This document shows positions 46,454-56,599 of a stretch of 64,000 bases of DNA, piece after piece. The DNA comes from Halioglobus sp. (GTDB taxonomy: Bacteria > Pseudomonadota > Gammaproteobacteria > Pseudomonadales > Halieaceae). Position numbers and translations under genes: made by a program. The stretch lies in contig CBDDGB010000002.1 in NCBI GenBank assembly GCA_965227435.1, forward strand, positions 678,181-742,180. The letters are read 5' to 3'. Position 1 is the stretch's first letter. Each line of letters opens with the position of its first letter. Under the pieces are notes generated by a model. It was not told the DNA's origin and did no database searches. It saw only the letters and a list, made by a program, of their open reading frames with translations.

Positions 46454-47488
46454 GTGCAAGCCATGTTCCAGGTTTTTGCTGCCACCCCCGAAGACATGGG
46501 GCCGGGTGAGATCGGGGCCCACGCCGCGCGCGCAGAGGCGATGGGCTTCGACGGTCTTCAGGTGCCTGACGCCATTCACGACGGCCTGCTGCTCTCGGCC
46601 ATGGCACTGAATGCCACGCAGTCGCTGATCGTTGGTACCGGCGTACTGCTTGCCTTCCCGCGCAGCCCGATGATCACCGCAATCGCCGCATGGGATCTCC
46701 AGAAGATGAGCGGTGGTCGCTTCGAATTGGGCCTCGGTACCCAGATCAAACCAAACATCGAACAGCGCTACTCCGCCCGTTGGGATTCACCGGTGCCACA
46801 ACTGCGCGAATACGTGCAGGCGATGAAAGCGGTCTTCCACAGCTTCCAGACCGGGGAAAGACTCAACTTTGTCGGCGAGCACTACAGCCTCACCAAGCTG
46901 CAGCCATTCTTCAACCCGGGGCCGATAGACCATCCCGACATCCCTATTCTCTGCGGCGCGGTGGGACCTGCCATGACGCGAATGGTGGGGCGCATCGCCG
47001 ACGGCATGATCACCCACCCGACCAATACGCCGCCGGAGTACATACGCGAAGTGTGTTTGCCTCGCCTGGAAGCGGGCTTCGAGCGGGCGGGACGTGATGG
47101 CAGTGACTTCAAACTGGTGCTGGGGCCGTTGACCGCTACAGGTAAGGACGAGGCCACCGTCGCGGCGGAATGGGAGAAACAGCGCAACCTGCTGGGCTTC
47201 CTGTACTCCACCCCCGCCTACTGGCCCAGCCTCGAGCTCTTTGGCTGGCAGGACAAGGGGCAGCAGCTGCTGGACCTCACCCGCGCAGGCGATTGGGGCG
47301 CCATGACCGAGGTCGTGACCGATGAGATGCTGGAGAAGTTCGTACCGCGCGGCACCTACGACGACATCGCAGATGTGTATCGCGAGCGCTACGGTGAGCT
47401 CACACGGCGTATCACGTTTCCGCTGCCGGGCGATCCTAGCGACGACCCATTGGCCGCCGAAGCGATCGCGCGTCTGAAGACGGGGTGA
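46454..47488 (+). CDS. LLM-class flavin/deazaflavin-dependent oxidoreductase
   Basis: AFPRSPM..A..AWDLQ..SGGRF.LGLGTQIK; start GTG 46454 or ATG 46463. Confidence 0.9.
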   Translation: MQAMFQVFAATPEDMGPGEIGAHAARAEAMGFDGLQVPDAIHDGLLLSAMALNATQSLIVGTGVLLAFPRSPMITAIAAWDLQKMSGGRFELGLGTQIKPNIEQRYSARWDSPVPQLREYVQAMKAVFHSFQTGERLNFVGEHYSLTKLQPFFNPGPIDHPDIPILCGAVGPAMTRMVGRIADGMITHPTNTPPEYIREVCLPRLEAGFERAGRDGSDFKLVLGPLTATGKDEATVAAEWEKQRNLLGFLYSTPAYWPSLELFGWQDKGQQLLDLTRAGDWGAMTEVVTDEMLEKFVPRGTYDDIADVYRERYGELTRRITFPLPGDPSDDPLAAEAIARLKTG

Positions 47489-47494
47489 TCGGCG

Positions 47495-48259
47495 CTAGAT
47501 GTGATCGGTGCGCGTGTGCGCGTCAAAACCGCCATCGATAAACAGGAGTGAGCCGTGCACATAGCTGGCCTTGTCGCTGAGAAGGAACAGGATGCACTCA
47601 GAAATCTCGCCCGCCTCTGCGGCGCGTTCAATCGGCGTCTGTTCGAGTAGCCCCTGCATGATGGGCGCATACTCTTCGCTCTCGAACAGCGGTTTGGTCA
47701 TGGGCGTCAGTGTGGGGCCAGGCGCAACGCCGTTCATGCGAATACCGTCGCGGCCGTAGGCCATCGCATTGCGGCGCATCCAGTAGTTGAGCGCACGCTT
47801 GGTCTGCATGTAATGCGTTCCTGCGTTAATGGTGGCGGACAGCTCCAGCGCCTTCGGCTCGTCGCCGGTCAGCAACGCCTCCATAAATGCATCGTCAACC
47901 ACATTCATCGGCGCGGAGTTGGAGCAGAGCAACACGATGCTGCCCGATTTTTTCGCGAGCAATGGACGCAAGCCCTCGACAACCTCGACGGTGCCGAAAT
48001 AGTTCAGCTTCGTAATGAGATCATCCGGCGCGCTGCCGCCACCGAGACCCGCCAGCGGCACAAATCCATCGAGGCCTTCAGGGGCTGCTTCTTGGACCGC
48101 GGCGACCGTCGCCTGCCGGCCCTCGGGGGTCGTGAGGTCCGCGATGATGTCGGCGTCCTTGATATCAATGGTGACCACGCGGTGGCCCTCGGCCGCCAGT
48201 GAAGCCGCCAACACGGCGCCAATGCCGGATGCGCTGCCCGTGAGTGCGTATGTGCCCAT
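47495..48259 (-). CDS. SDR oxidoreductase, 3-alpha-hydroxysteroid-dehydrogenase/carbonyl-reductase-like
   Basis: TGSASGIG, LNYFG, YMQTK, NGVAPG..TPM. Confidence 0.88.
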   Translation of the reverse strand: MGTYALTGSASGIGAVLAASLAAEGHRVVTIDIKDADIIADLTTPEGRQATVAAVQEAAPEGLDGFVPLAGLGGGSAPDDLITKLNYFGTVEVVEGLRPLLAKKSGSIVLLCSNSAPMNVVDDAFMEALLTGDEPKALELSATINAGTHYMQTKRALNYWMRRNAMAYGRDGIRMNGVAPGPTLTPMTKPLFESEEYAPIMQGLLEQTPIERAAEAGEISECILFLLSDKASYVHGSLLFIDGGFDAHTRTDHI

Positions 48260-48331
48260 GGTGCTTACTCTCTCAGTATTTCGCTGTACATGTGTATCCC
48301 GGTCGTCCTGCGGCGCCGGGCTGAAGCGCGC

Positions 48332-48361
48332 ATTTTAATACGGTCGTATTATCAAGATCAA
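48332..48361 (-). promoter_or_regulatory. Sigma70-like promoter with second copy of the TAATAC-N4-GTATTA operator
   Basis: Minus strand TTGATC-N18-TAAAAT; palindrome TAATACG-GT-CGTATTA at 48336-48351. Confidence 0.7.
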
Positions 48362-48452
48362 CCGCCTTCGGGGTCGCGGCTTACCCCCATGCAGCTATGG
48401 GTCCCGCGACTCGCCGGTCATCAGTCAGGCGCCACATCAACCCGGCAGCAAA

Positions 48453-48538
48453 TGTCAGGGCGCTTTACATGTGCGGGCCGGCGCAGCGCCTCGTTCAACG
48501 TAACTCATTGATATACCGTGCGTGGAATGTAATTTGCA
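48453..48538 (+). promoter_or_regulatory. Sigma54 -24/-12 promoter with candidate upstream activator site
   Basis: TGGAATG-TAAT-TTGCA (GG-N10-GC) at 48523-48538; TGTCAG-N5-TTTACA at 48453-48469. Confidence 0.6.
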
Positions 48539-48592
48539 TAGTTTTAGGTAGCATAATAAAAACCTGGCTGGTCACCACGGAGAATCCGAATA

Positions 48593-49177
48593 ATGCACCG
48601 CACTGCCCGCCTCGCAACCCCTTTGGTGAAAGCCTGCTTCGCCACCATCATCGTCTTGTTTGCCGTTAACGCCCACGCTGGATTCGTGCGCTATGGCGTA
48701 AGCTACGCAGGAAGCTCGTTCGTACCCGCGTTCGATGGCTACATGCTGTTCGACGACAGCACGCCCGTTGCAGGAGATATCTGGGGCGGCATCGTCGACT
48801 GGTACTTCGTAGCAGGCAGCATGGTTTTCGACCCGGGCAACACCGTGGCGGCCAGCACCGGCTACTTCGAGGTCGATGCCGGGTGGAATCTCGTCAGCGA
48901 CTTTGACCTCGTGGGCGGGCCGCCCGCCGTCGGTCACGCGCCGTGTTTCTCTGATGTGGCACTCTGCGACTCAACGGGCAGCCTGCAGCTTGGCTTTACC
49001 AATGATCCCGTCTTTGGCAGCGTGGTGCTGCTTCATCCGGACAACCCTGGGTTCAACCTCGACTTTGGCGGCAACGTCGTCTATTCAGGTCCACAGTTCA
49101 TCACTGTTCCCCTGCCAGGCGGTCTCGTTCTGTTTGCAACCGGGTTATTCCTGCTGCGCCTCAGAAAATTTGCCTGA
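48593..49177 (+). CDS. VPLPA-CTERM (PEP-CTERM-like) surface protein
   Basis: Signal peptide (..NAHA); C-terminal VPLPGGLVLFATGLFLLRLRK. Confidence 0.85.
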   Translation: MHRTARLATPLVKACFATIIVLFAVNAHAGFVRYGVSYAGSSFVPAFDGYMLFDDSTPVAGDIWGGIVDWYFVAGSMVFDPGNTVAASTGYFEVDAGWNLVSDFDLVGGPPAVGHAPCFSDVALCDSTGSLQLGFTNDPVFGSVVLLHPDNPGFNLDFGGNVVYSGPQFITVPLPGGLVLFATGLFLLRLRKFA

Positions 49178-49219
49178 CGTTGCTTGCCGCCGGCCCGCGG
49201 AGTGGGTCACACTGGCCCC

Positions 49220-49636
49220 ATGATGAAGAAAACTCTATTGCTCGCCTGTGGCGTGGCGCTGGCCGCCTGCGCTTCACCCCCCGAACGCCCTCAAGCGGGC
49301 GACCCGCTACCGGCCTGCGGCAGCTCTCCCAACTGCGTCAGCAGCCAGGAGAGTCGCGAGGACTTCAAGGTGGCGCCAATAGCAGCCACGGAGGAGCAGT
49401 GGCGGCAGCTCGTGCAGTCGCTTGCCGAGTGGGAGAACTGGTCGATCACTGAAGAGGACGATTACTTTGTCCAGGCCGTGGCGATTACACCGCTCATGCG
49501 CTACCGCGATGACATACAGCTCACCTTCGACCCGGACAAAGGCCTTATTCACGTGCGCTCTTCATCGCGTGTGGGCTACGGTGATATGGGCGCGAATCGT
49601 GATCGCGTCGAGAAGCTGAGAGCAGAGCTCGAGTAG
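49220..49636 (+). CDS. DUF1499 family lipoprotein
   Basis: Lipobox LAAC; CGSSPNCVSS; RYRDDI; HVRSSSRVGYGDMGANRDR. Confidence 0.88.
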   Translation: MMKKTLLLACGVALAACASPPERPQAGDPLPACGSSPNCVSSQESREDFKVAPIAATEEQWRQLVQSLAEWENWSITEEDDYFVQAVAITPLMRYRDDIQLTFDPDKGLIHVRSSSRVGYGDMGANRDRVEKLRAELE

Positions 49637-49692
49637 TCACTCGCCCGGCGATTTCACCTATACTTGAGGCGATAACCTATAAGGAACGCCTC

Positions 49693-51582
49693 ATGTCGCG
49701 ACGCAGAGCACTGACCCCGCTTTTCAGCCTTTCTTTCGCCACGCTTTTCCTGAGTACTCCGGCACTCGCCCAATACACCCCCTGGGAAAGCGAAGACTAC
49801 CCGCTCAATCTGTACTGGGGCGACACACACCTGCACACGTCCTACAGCGTCGACGCCAACGCGATGGGGAACGTGTCACTGCCCCCCGCCGACGCCTATC
49901 GCTTCGCACGCGGCGACGCGGTGCGAGCCACCACCGGTATGGTGGCAAAACTCAATCGCCCACTCGACTTCCTGGTGGTATCGGATCATGCGGAGCAGTT
50001 GGGCACCATGTTGAAGCTGCGCGAGGGTGACCCGAGAATCATCGACAAGCCGGCGGCACGCGAGGTTTACGAGGCACTGAAAAACAGCACGACCGGCGAC
50101 GAGTCCGCCATGGCCGTTATGCAGAACTTCCTGGCACAAATGGCCGCGGGCGAGGCGCTGCTGTCCAGTCCCGAGGTGTCGTCGGAGATCTGGCAGGATT
50201 CCATCAAGACCGCAGACGAATTTAACGACCCGGGTAACTTTACCGCGCTGATTGGATTCGAATGGACCTCGATGCCTGACTCCAACAACCTGCATCGCGT
50301 TGTCATCTACGCAGACGATGCAGACAAGGCGAGCACCATGCAGCCCGTATCGTCCAACGATGGCGAAGACCCCGACAGCCTGTGGGATTTTATGGAGGAA
50401 TACATGGCTTCGACGGGTGGGCGAATCCTGGCGATCCCCCATAACGGCAACCTCAGCAACGGCAAGATGTTCGCGACTACCGACTATTCAGGCAGCCCGA
50501 TAGACAAGGCCTACGCAGAGCGGCGCGCTCGACTTGAGCCAATCGTTGAAGTCACCCAGATCAAAGGTGATGGCGAGGCACACCCATTCCTCTCCCCGGA
50601 CGACGAATTCGCCGACTTCGAAACCTGGGACGGCGGCAATTTCGCCGCGATGGCCGAGGTGAACAAGACAGGCGAAATGCTCAGGCACGAGTATGCGCGC
50701 GGCGCACTGAAGCTGGGTCTGGAACTTGAGAAAAGCGTCGGAGTTAATCCCTACCAGTTCGGCATGATCGGCAGCACTGATTCGCACACGTCGTTGGCAA
50801 CGGGGGCTGAGGACAATTTCTGGGGCAAGGCCACGATCACCGAACCGGGCATGGAGCGCACTGTGCCGGGAAGTACCGGCATGCCGGGTGCAGACAGCCC
50901 GGGAACCCAGCTCACCAAGGGTTGGACGTTTACCGCGTCCGGGTACACGGGCGTCTGGGCGCGGGCCAATACCCGGGACGAGATATTCAACGCCATGCAG
51001 CGGCGCGAGGTTTACGCCACCACAGGGTCGCGCATAAGCCTGCGACTCTTCGGTGGCTACAACTACGCCGCCTCAGACGTACACGACCCCCATGCGGCGC
51101 GCATCGGTTACCGTGAGGGTGTACCCATGGGCGGCGAGTTACAGGCGGCAGGCGACGGCAAGGTGCCCGGCTTCATGCTGATGGCGCTGAAAGACCCGGA
51201 AGGTGCGAACCTGGATCGACTCCAGATCATCAAGGGTTGGCTGGACGCCGATGGTAACGTACAGGAGAAGGTGTATACGGTCGCCGCCTCGGATGAACGT
51301 CGCATTCGTCGCAACGGCAAAGTAAAGGCGCTGAAATCAACGGTTGACCTTGAGACGGCAAGCTACAGCAATACCGTAGGGGCCGTTGCGCTGAGCGCGT
51401 TCTGGGAAGACCCCGACTTCGACCCTGCAGAGCGCGCGTTTTACTACGCGCGCGTGATCGAGATCGAGACGCCCCGCTGGTCAGCTTACGATGCAGTTCG
51501 CCTCGGCAAGCCGCTCGATCCGGCAGACCCGAAAGTGGTCCAGGACAGGGCCTACAGTTCGCCGATCTGGTACAACCCCTAG
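49693..51582 (+). CDS. DUF3604 domain protein (putative metal-dependent hydrolase)
   Basis: YWGDTHLHTSYS, LDFLVVSDH, NNLHR, IPHNGN, GSTDSH, FYYARV, RAYSSPIWY. Confidence 0.9.
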   Translation: MSRRRALTPLFSLSFATLFLSTPALAQYTPWESEDYPLNLYWGDTHLHTSYSVDANAMGNVSLPPADAYRFARGDAVRATTGMVAKLNRPLDFLVVSDHAEQLGTMLKLREGDPRIIDKPAAREVYEALKNSTTGDESAMAVMQNFLAQMAAGEALLSSPEVSSEIWQDSIKTADEFNDPGNFTALIGFEWTSMPDSNNLHRVVIYADDADKASTMQPVSSNDGEDPDSLWDFMEEYMASTGGRILAIPHNGNLSNGKMFATTDYSGSPIDKAYAERRARLEPIVEVTQIKGDGEAHPFLSPDDEFADFETWDGGNFAAMAEVNKTGEMLRHEYARGALKLGLELEKSVGVNPYQFGMIGSTDSHTSLATGAEDNFWGKATITEPGMERTVPGSTGMPGADSPGTQLTKGWTFTASGYTGVWARANTRDEIFNAMQRREVYATTGSRISLRLFGGYNYAASDVHDPHAARIGYREGVPMGGELQAAGDGKVPGFMLMALKDPEGANLDRLQIIKGWLDADGNVQEKVYTVAASDERRIRRNGKVKALKSTVDLETASYSNTVGAVALSAFWEDPDFDPAERAFYYARVIEIETPRWSAYDAVRLGKPLDPADPKVVQDRAYSSPIWYNP

Positions 51583-51629
51583 AGGCATCGCGCCGGGTAA
51601 AGCAACGCCGCCCCGAAGATTCGCAACGC

Positions 51630-53432
51630 CTAAGGCCCGTTCTCCGTATCGCGCTGCTTCTGCTGTGCTGCCCAGAGCTGCGCGTAATGGCCGCCGGCAG
51701 CAAGCAACTCATCGTGACCACCCGACTCGGCAATCTCGCCGTCGTGCAATACAACGATGCGATCGGCATCGACTACCGTTGACAGGCGGTGCGCGATCAC
51801 GAGGCTGGTGTGACCCGCCGAAATCTCCTCCAGCGCCGCGAGAATCGCGCGCTCTGACTTGCTGTCGAGTGAGGATGTGGCCTCGTCAAACACAAGGATC
51901 GGGGGGCGCTTTAGGATGGTTCGCGCGATAGACACCCGCTGGCGCTCGCCGCCTGAAAGTTTGAGGCCGCGCTCCCCGACGAGCGTCGCCACCCCCTCTG
52001 GCAGGTTGGCGATGAAGGTGTCGAGGTGTGCAAGGCGGATCGCTTCCATCACTTGTTCATCACTGGCCTGTGGGTCACCGTAACGCACGTTCTCGAGAAT
52101 ACTGTCATTAAACAACACGGTGTCCTGGGGCACGATGCCGATGGCACGCCGAAGGGAATACTGACTGACGTTGCAGATATCCTGGCCGTCAACCGTGATA
52201 CGGCCAACCTGTGGTTCGTAAAACCGAAACAGCAACTTCACCAGCGTTGACTTGCCCGAGCCCGAATCGCCGACAACGGCGACTTTCTCCCCCGCTTCCA
52301 TGGCGAAATTGACACCCTTGAGTATTTTGCGCTGCGGATTGTAGGAGAAGTCGATACTATCGAAGCGCACCTCGCCCTTCGACACCACAAGCTCCGATGC
52401 ATTCTGTGCATCGGTGATACCCGGCCGCAGGGCAAGCAGCTCGTACATTTTCTCGATGTTTGCCATCGAGCCTTTCATTTCACGAAAGACAAAGCCGAGA
52501 AAACCCAGCGGAATAAACAGCTGCAGCATGAACTGGTTGATCAGAATGAAATCACCCAGCGTGATCGTGCCGTCACGCACCTGCCAACCTGCTAGCCCGA
52601 TCATCGTGGTCTGGGCCACCGCAATAATCAGCGCCTGGCCACCGTTTAAGCCGAACAGCGACAGCCGGTTGCGACGTCGCGCGCCTTCGAGGCTCTCCAG
52701 TTCGCTGTCATAGCGCCGAGCCTCGAACTCTTCATTGGTAAAGTACTTCACCGTCTCGAAGTTGAGCAGGCTGTCGACGGCACGGGTGTTCGACATGGAG
52801 TCCGCCTCGGCCACCTCGCGCACGAACTGCGTTCGCCACTCGGTCGCGCGGAAGGAAAACAGGCCGTACAGAAATACCGAGGCGAGTGTGATCAGCGCAA
52901 AGCTGGGGCCGTAGTTGAAGAACAGAATGCCCGCAACCATCAATATCTCGAAAATATTGGGCGCGATATTGAAGACGAAGAAGCGCATCAGGAACCCGAT
53001 GCCCGTCACCCCCCGCTCTATATCACGCGCAAGACCGCCTGTTCGCCGATTGAGGTGGTACTCGAGATCAAGGCTATGCACATGGCGAAACACCTCGAGG
53101 GCGATCTTGCGCATCGCCTGTTCCGTCACGCGGCCGAAAATCGTATCGCGCAATTCGGAGAACAGCACGTTCGAAAAGCGCGCCGCACCGTACGCGATTA
53201 CCAGCCCAAACAACACGCCGCTCGCCAGCGACTCGATGGTTGCGCCCTCAAGCGAGTCGACGAGGTACTTCATGACGAAGGGCACCACGAGAATCGCGCC
53301 CTTGGCCGCAAGCAGCAGCACAAAGGTCAGTGCCACGCGACCGCGGTACTGTCTCAGGTAGGGAATAAAGTGCCAGATGATGCGCCAGTTGACGGGCGCA
53401 TCGGGCTGATGCTCGAAGTTACCGTGTTGCAT
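51630..53432 (-). CDS. ATM1/ABCB-type ABC exporter (TMD+NBD)
   Basis: DSLLNFETVKYF, GDSGSGKS, LSGGERQR, FDEATSSLD. Confidence 0.93.
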   Translation of the reverse strand: MQHGNFEHQPDAPVNWRIIWHFIPYLRQYRGRVALTFVLLLAAKGAILVVPFVMKYLVDSLEGATIESLASGVLFGLVIAYGAARFSNVLFSELRDTIFGRVTEQAMRKIALEVFRHVHSLDLEYHLNRRTGGLARDIERGVTGIGFLMRFFVFNIAPNIFEILMVAGILFFNYGPSFALITLASVFLYGLFSFRATEWRTQFVREVAEADSMSNTRAVDSLLNFETVKYFTNEEFEARRYDSELESLEGARRRNRLSLFGLNGGQALIIAVAQTTMIGLAGWQVRDGTITLGDFILINQFMLQLFIPLGFLGFVFREMKGSMANIEKMYELLALRPGITDAQNASELVVSKGEVRFDSIDFSYNPQRKILKGVNFAMEAGEKVAVVGDSGSGKSTLVKLLFRFYEPQVGRITVDGQDICNVSQYSLRRAIGIVPQDTVLFNDSILENVRYGDPQASDEQVMEAIRLAHLDTFIANLPEGVATLVGERGLKLSGGERQRVSIARTILKRPPILVFDEATSSLDSKSERAILAALEEISAGHTSLVIAHRLSTVVDADRIVVLHDGEIAESGGHDELLAAGGHYAQLWAAQQKQRDTENGP

Positions 53433-53515
53433 TACAGCGAGTGTACACGATCAGGACTGCCCAGCGGCGCTATGGCGGCAAGGATTTCCGCTACGCGCGA
53501 CAATACGTGGACAGC

Positions 53516-54844
53516 TTAACTCGCCGCCGCATCGTACTGCTCGTACAGATAGACGTGCCTGCTGTTGTCATGCTCCCACATGTCCTTGCCCGTCACATCA
53601 GCAAAGTCACTGCGGGTCGCGGGCTCTGCCTGCGGATCGATCACGATTTCCCAGGCCTGTCGTACCCGCTTGTCGCCGACGAATTCCTGCACTTCAGCAG
53701 CCGCGACAGGCCGCACTAGCGCGCGTGGATTGACCTCTTCGGCCAACCGGTGAAAACCCGGCTCATCAGGGTGCTCCATCATCAGGCTGGCGATGCCCCG
53801 TTTGACGGGTTCCCTGCTGCCCGCGCAATCGCCCAGCCAGACAAGGCCGCGGGTTGCGGAGACCTGCGCGTAGCCGAGGTCGAAATACTCGTGGGGCGCA
53901 AAATAGTTGAGCTGCAAGACCTTCAGAATCGCCGCTATGTCGTCGCCCTCGATGCCAAACGCATTGCGCAGTCGATGCACGGTTATGGGGGCCAGGTGGT
54001 GGTATTGCTCCTTGGCTATATCTGATAGATGCTCGACGCCGTGTCGCTCGCCAATCGCGTAATGGCAGGCGTAGTTCAGGAGAAACACGTCGAGCATAAA
54101 TTCACGGCACAACGCTGCAAGGGTGCCGTGGGCAAGGTCTTCCAGGCAGAAGTCGCGTTTGAAGGGCCCGTTATAATCGACGAGGCCGTCACCGCTATCG
54201 GTGGGCGACGAGAATTCGAAACGTGCAGCCAGCGTATTAGAGGTGTGAGAAAGGTAGGGGCAGTCTTCCACCAGCCCTATCTCATCGCTGATAAACACAT
54301 GCCAGCGACAGGGGCCGGTCTCGGGGATCTCCGCTACAGGTGGGCGAAAGACCGCGCGACAGCGCATCTGCGGATGCACCGCCATCACAGTAGCGTCGAA
54401 CGTTGGGTCCTCCATGTGGTGGCAGATCTGCGTTTGCATCGCCTCGTCGCCCCCCGACATGCGATAGACATGGTTGAACGGGCCGCAGGTGCTGGTCCAG
54501 AAATACCCCTCCGTGTCGGAAACCTCCTGGTAGTGAAAGTTGAGGTAGTTGTGCGGCGCGCCAATATCGACCTGCAGACCCTTCAGCGCTACCGCGACAG
54601 TCTCGCCCTCAATATTCAGGAACTGGCGATTGCGCTGGTTGTAGATCGGGCTGGTACTCATCCACTCGTCGCAGGCAATGTCGGTTTGCGCCTCCATGCC
54701 GAACTTCAGCACAACCGGCAACAGGCCGCTGCGGTCGTGAATATGGTTCGCAAGCATCAGGTCGCGGCCGTACTGGGCCAGCAGGTCATGATCGAAGTCT
54801 TCCAGCTTCAGGTCGGGCCGGAACTCGCTACTGTAGTTTTTCAT
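53516..54844 (-). CDS. Hypothetical protein with internal two-domain duplication
   Basis: Halves align (LKLEDFDHDLL.. vs FCLEDLAHGTL..; GAPHNY vs FAPHEY); start 54844 or 54874. Confidence 0.75.
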   Translation of the reverse strand: MKNYSSEFRPDLKLEDFDHDLLAQYGRDLMLANHIHDRSGLLPVVLKFGMEAQTDIACDEWMSTSPIYNQRNRQFLNIEGETVAVALKGLQVDIGAPHNYLNFHYQEVSDTEGYFWTSTCGPFNHVYRMSGGDEAMQTQICHHMEDPTFDATVMAVHPQMRCRAVFRPPVAEIPETGPCRWHVFISDEIGLVEDCPYLSHTSNTLAARFEFSSPTDSGDGLVDYNGPFKRDFCLEDLAHGTLAALCREFMLDVFLLNYACHYAIGERHGVEHLSDIAKEQYHHLAPITVHRLRNAFGIEGDDIAAILKVLQLNYFAPHEYFDLGYAQVSATRGLVWLGDCAGSREPVKRGIASLMMEHPDEPGFHRLAEEVNPRALVRPVAAAEVQEFVGDKRVRQAWEIVIDPQAEPATRSDFADVTGKDMWEHDNSRHVYLYEQYDAAAS

Positions 54845-54967
54845 TCTCGCTTCCATACCGGGTTTGCAGGACAAGTGCAGCCGAAGCCATCATCTCCAGC
54901 GCAAGATTATAGTTCAAGCTATGTTTTGGCAATGCTCGGTTCCGCCAAGATGTGCGAAGCGCACGGG

Positions 54968-56599
54968 CTACGAGAAATCGAGCCCGCTCAGGAGGTCTTT
55001 GATGCTGTGGTGAATGTCACGGGTGACGTTGAGCACCGAGGATGCCCCGGGTTCTGACACCGCCCTCGCGGCTGCGAGAGAGCGAAGCAACGCGTTCGCT
55101 TCCCTGTAATGTTCGTCGTTCGCCTGGATCAACGCCGTCACCACCTCATCGACCACCCCGGCAGATGCGCCCTCGCCCATCAGCTGCAGGTAGTCGCCAT
55201 ACACTTTCCTGGCGAACTTGCGATGGAACTTGTACAGCGCCTCCAATTCGCTGTCCCCTGCATGTCGCAGTGCGGCGATGTTCTCGCGGATATCCATCTG
55301 CGTCTTGCTGCTGTACACGAGCGCTCGGGCCTCGCGTACCTGCCGGTGCAGCTGTTCGGCTTCGGTCGCTGTAAGGGCCTGCTCCTGCAAACTCATCGAG
55401 AAGCGTAACAGGTCGGCCTCCCGATCTTTCAAGGCCGCGTAACGCTCAGTGACCCGCATGCGCTCGTCGTAGCGCTGCAGCAACGGGGAGGCAACACCCG
55501 CGGGCAAGGCGAGCGTCTCAGGGCGCAGGTGAAACTGGTGCAGGGCAAGTACAACGGTGTCCATGCGCATGACATGAAGCGCCGCGGCAGACGCTGCCAG
55601 CGCGGCTTCCGGCACCTGCGTGGTGTGGCCGGGCAACCGCCCCGCCTCGCCGACCGTACTGAACCGCCTCCCCAGCCAGTCGGCATAGGGCCGCAGGACC
55701 GGCAGGAAGACCAGGAGCCCCAACAGGTTGAACAGGCTGTGAAAGGCGACCAGGGAATACAGCGGGTCAGCAAGCCCCAGGACGCCGAGTAACTGCGGCA
55801 GGAACGGGAGTAGCAGCAGCAACGCCGCGACGTCCACCGCCACATTGAACAGGAAATGGCCCAGCGCAAGTTGCCGCTTGATCGCGTGTCCCGTCAGGCT
55901 TCCCAGCGCCGTGGTACTGGTGGTCCCAAGGTCAGCGCCGATCACAACGGCGGCGGCTGACGGCAGGTCGATCAGGCCACCATGGAGCGCCGCGAGTGTC
56001 AGCATCATCGTCGCCGAACTCGACTGGACGACCGCAGCAACCACCGCGCCGAGAAGGAAGAACACCCAGGGACCGAACTCCGTAAAGGCCGAGAGATCCC
56101 AGAGCTCGGGTAGCGCGGCTACCGCGTCCTTCATGATATCGAGCCCAAAGAGAATGAGGCCCAGGCCAAACACCGCGCAGCCCGTGCCGGACAACCAGCG
56201 TCGCCGCTCGGGCAACAGCTGCATCACCGCGCCAATAGCCATGGCTGGCAAAGCGAGTTGCGAGAGCGACAACTTGAAACCGATCGAAGCGACAACCCAG
56301 CCGGTGACCGTGGTGCCGAGATTGGCGCCCAGGATGACGCCTACTGCGTTGTAGAGGGGCAGCACGCCGGCGCTTGCAAACGCGAGCACCAGCAGGCTGA
56401 CCAGGGAACTGCTCTGAAGCAAGGCAGTGATCACAATGCCCAGCCCCGCGCTGCGTACCGGGGACGCCGTGGAGGTGGCTATCCAGCGCTTGAAGGTGTC
56501 GTATCCCAGCGCCCGCACTCCCGCCTCCAGCCGGTCCATACCGAACAGGAACAGCGCGAGGCCAATCACGATGAGAACGGGTGTGCCGAGGAACTCCAT
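54968..56599 (-). CDS. Na/Pi cotransporter family protein
   Basis: Repeated LLQSSS..GANLGTT and VQSSS..GADLGTT; start ATG 56599. Confidence 0.9.
   Translation of the reverse strand: MEFLGTPVLIVIGLALFLFGMDRLEAGVRALGYDTFKRWIATSTASPVRSAGLGIVITALLQSSSLVSLLVLAFASAGVLPLYNAVGVILGANLGTTVTGWVVASIGFKLSLSQLALPAMAIGAVMQLLPERRRWLSGTGCAVFGLGLILFGLDIMKDAVAALPELWDLSAFTEFGPWVFFLLGAVVAAVVQSSSATMMLTLAALHGGLIDLPSAAAVVIGADLGTTSTTALGSLTGHAIKRQLALGHFLFNVAVDVAALLLLLPFLPQLLGVLGLADPLYSLVAFHSLFNLLGLLVFLPVLRPYADWLGRRFSTVGEAGRLPGHTTQVPEAALAASAAALHVMRMDTVVLALHQFHLRPETLALPAGVASPLLQRYDERMRVTERYAALKDREADLLRFSMSLQEQALTATEAEQLHRQVREARALVYSSKTQMDIRENIAALRHAGDSELEALYKFHRKFARKVYGDYLQLMGEGASAGVVDEVVTALIQANDEHYREANALLRSLAAARAVSEPGASSVLNVTRDIHHSIKDLLSGLDFS

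Noticed and set aside
11794-47488. Assigning F420 dependence to the two LLM genes
   Set aside because: No cof/fbi genes in the window; FMN use cannot be excluded.
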